NCBI GenBank assembly: GCA_016935235.1
Contig: JAFGRJ010000024.1
Coordinates: 1 to 48,559, forward strand
Source of the DNA: Candidatus Cloacimonadota bacterium
GTDB lineage: Bacteria > Cloacimonadota > Cloacimonadia > Cloacimonadales > TCS61
Direction of reading: 5' to 3'
DNA length: 48,559 bases
A program made the translations under genes and the position numbers. Below, piece by piece: positions 47,646 to 48,559 of this stretch (its first letter is position 1; each line of letters opens with the position of its first letter). Under the pieces are notes generated by a model, which made no database searches, was not told where the DNA came from, and saw only the letters and a program-made list of their open reading frames with translations.

Positions 47646-48559
47646 ATGAATAGATCAGCGGTTATTATTTTTATTTTATTGCTTCCATTCTTAATATTTC
47701 CCTACCAATGGGATCCTATCGGTCCCTCCGGTATCGAAACTTATGATTATCATTCACTTTATCAGGTGATATGCACGTCTAATGGAATTATGCTCTATGA
47801 AGATGAGCAGTGGAATGAATATTCCTATGGTAATCTGCCAGTCCGGGGTGCCATGGAACCAGAAAATGTCGACAGTAACGTGATCCTGGTGATGGGTCAG
47901 GGAACGGATTCCGATGGTGTTTACATGTTTAACCTCTCGACCCATAACTTCACGGTTATGTACTGGATACTTAATCCACATTTCATCTTTAGATGTTATG
48001 ATAATGAGAAGTTCTATGCAGGTGGAGAGGAAGGTCTGCTTGTTTCGGAAGATGGCACGGTCTGGTTCCCGATACCTTTTTTCGCTGGAAAGGACTGTCT
48101 GGCCATAGCCGCCAGGAATGACTACCTGGTTGTATCTGCGGCAGACGATATCTACTTCTCGCCGGATAACGGAAACCAGTGGTTTCCGGCAGAAGCCTGG
48201 CTGTGGATCTCCGATATGGCTTATCACCCGGGTGGGAACCTCTATGGTATCTTCCCCGATGGATCTTTCTCCTCAGGTTTGTGGTGTTCCTCTAATAACG
48301 GTGATGACTGGGATGTAGAATTCTGGGACCTTAATCTCAGTTCGGTCTTCCTGGATCAGGAAAGCAATATCTTCGTGGCCTGGGAAGAATCCGCTGCCGG
48401 ACAGGGAGTAGCTATCTGGCATGCCGATATCATGGAACTGGAGTACTTCAATGACGATCTCCCCGATCTTCATGTAAATAATCTGACCTATGACCCATAC
48501 ATAGACTGCAATAATGTGATTGCCTGTACCGATGGTGGGATTTTCATGCTTACCGGCAT
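47646..48559 (+). CDS. Paralog of the preceding Asp-box propeller protein (3' end outside the window)
   Basis: This ORF is not in the track because no stop occurs before the window end. I translated it by hand from the ATG at 47646, which follows AAGGAGG. It begins MNRSAVIIFILLLPFLIFPYQWDPIGPSGI and continues to ACTDGGIFMLTG with no stop. It is collinear with the upstream paralog (YFWSAIGPQGI ... ACTGNGVYMLT) and has Asp boxes SEDGTVW, SPDNGNQW and SNNGDDW. Confidence 0.8.
   Translation, partial: MNRSAVIIFILLLPFLIFPYQWDPIGPSGIETYDYHSLYQVICTSNGIMLYEDEQWNEYSYGNLPVRGAMEPENVDSNVILVMGQGTDSDGVYMFNLSTHNFTVMYWILNPHFIFRCYDNEKFYAGGEEGLLVSEDGTVWFPIPFFAGKDCLAIAARNDYLVVSAADDIYFSPDNGNQWFPAEAWLWISDMAYHPGGNLYGIFPDGSFSSGLWCSSNNGDDWDVEFWDLNLSSVFLDQESNIFVAWEESAAGQGVAIWHADIMELEYFNDDLPDLHVNNLTYDPYIDCNNVIACTDGGIFMLTG

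Overview
This is a dense chromosomal segment with about 50 protein genes. I found no rRNA or tRNA genes, no CRISPR array and no recognisable mobile element. All calls come from reading the ORF translations and the DNA by eye; no database search was possible.

The content looks like core genome of a Gram-negative bacterium of the FCB-superphylum type. The clues are T9SS-type C-terminal sorting domains, a PorV/PorQ-like barrel, BamD and a compact sigma-70. A Cloacimonadota-like origin is only my guess.

Gene layout:
- 102-11270 (minus strand) is one co-directional string: rsmG, parA, parB, M23 peptidase, bactofilin, atpZ, atpI, atpB, a triple-hairpin c subunit, atpE, atpF, atpH, atpA, atpG, atpD, atpC.
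- 11.3-13.7 kb (plus strand) carries acylphosphatase, an NlpD-like LysM/M23 lipoprotein, a small MerR regulator and a sigma-70 factor.
- 13.7-20.8 kb (minus strand) carries an outer-membrane barrel, recJ, an unlisted 55-aa ferredoxin, an archaeal-type geranylgeranyl reductase, a polyprenol/dolichol-kinase-like protein, a GtrB/DPM1-like GT2 and a eukaryote-type UGPase.
- 21.3-26.7 kb (minus strand) carries a MATE pump, a methyltransferase, a small membrane protein, a nitroreductase and an S41 peptidase.
- 27-36.3 kb (plus strand) carries efp, a zinc-ribbon miniprotein, and a secreted-protease operon (M6-like, PorV/PorQ-like barrel, S8).
- 36.3-48.6 kb carries greA, an M18 aminopeptidase, bamD, a KamA-family radical SAM gene, nadD, a lipoprotein, glnA, an M50 protease, tyrS and two tandem Asp-box propeller paralogs. 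The last paralog runs off the window and is missing from the ORF track.

Most unusual observations:
1. An F-type ATP synthase operon encodes a single polypeptide made of three fused c-subunit hairpins. The middle hairpin has lost its carboxylate. It sits beside a normal c monomer that has a full Na+-binding signature.
2. The ferredoxin, GGR, CTP-dependent kinase, GT2 and UGPase genes form a tight module. This suggests a dolichol-like saturated polyprenyl-phosphate-glucose or archaeal-style isoprenoid pathway.
3. A 15/16 parS match lies inside atpD.
4. The M6-like secreted protein has HQxxH in place of HExxH.
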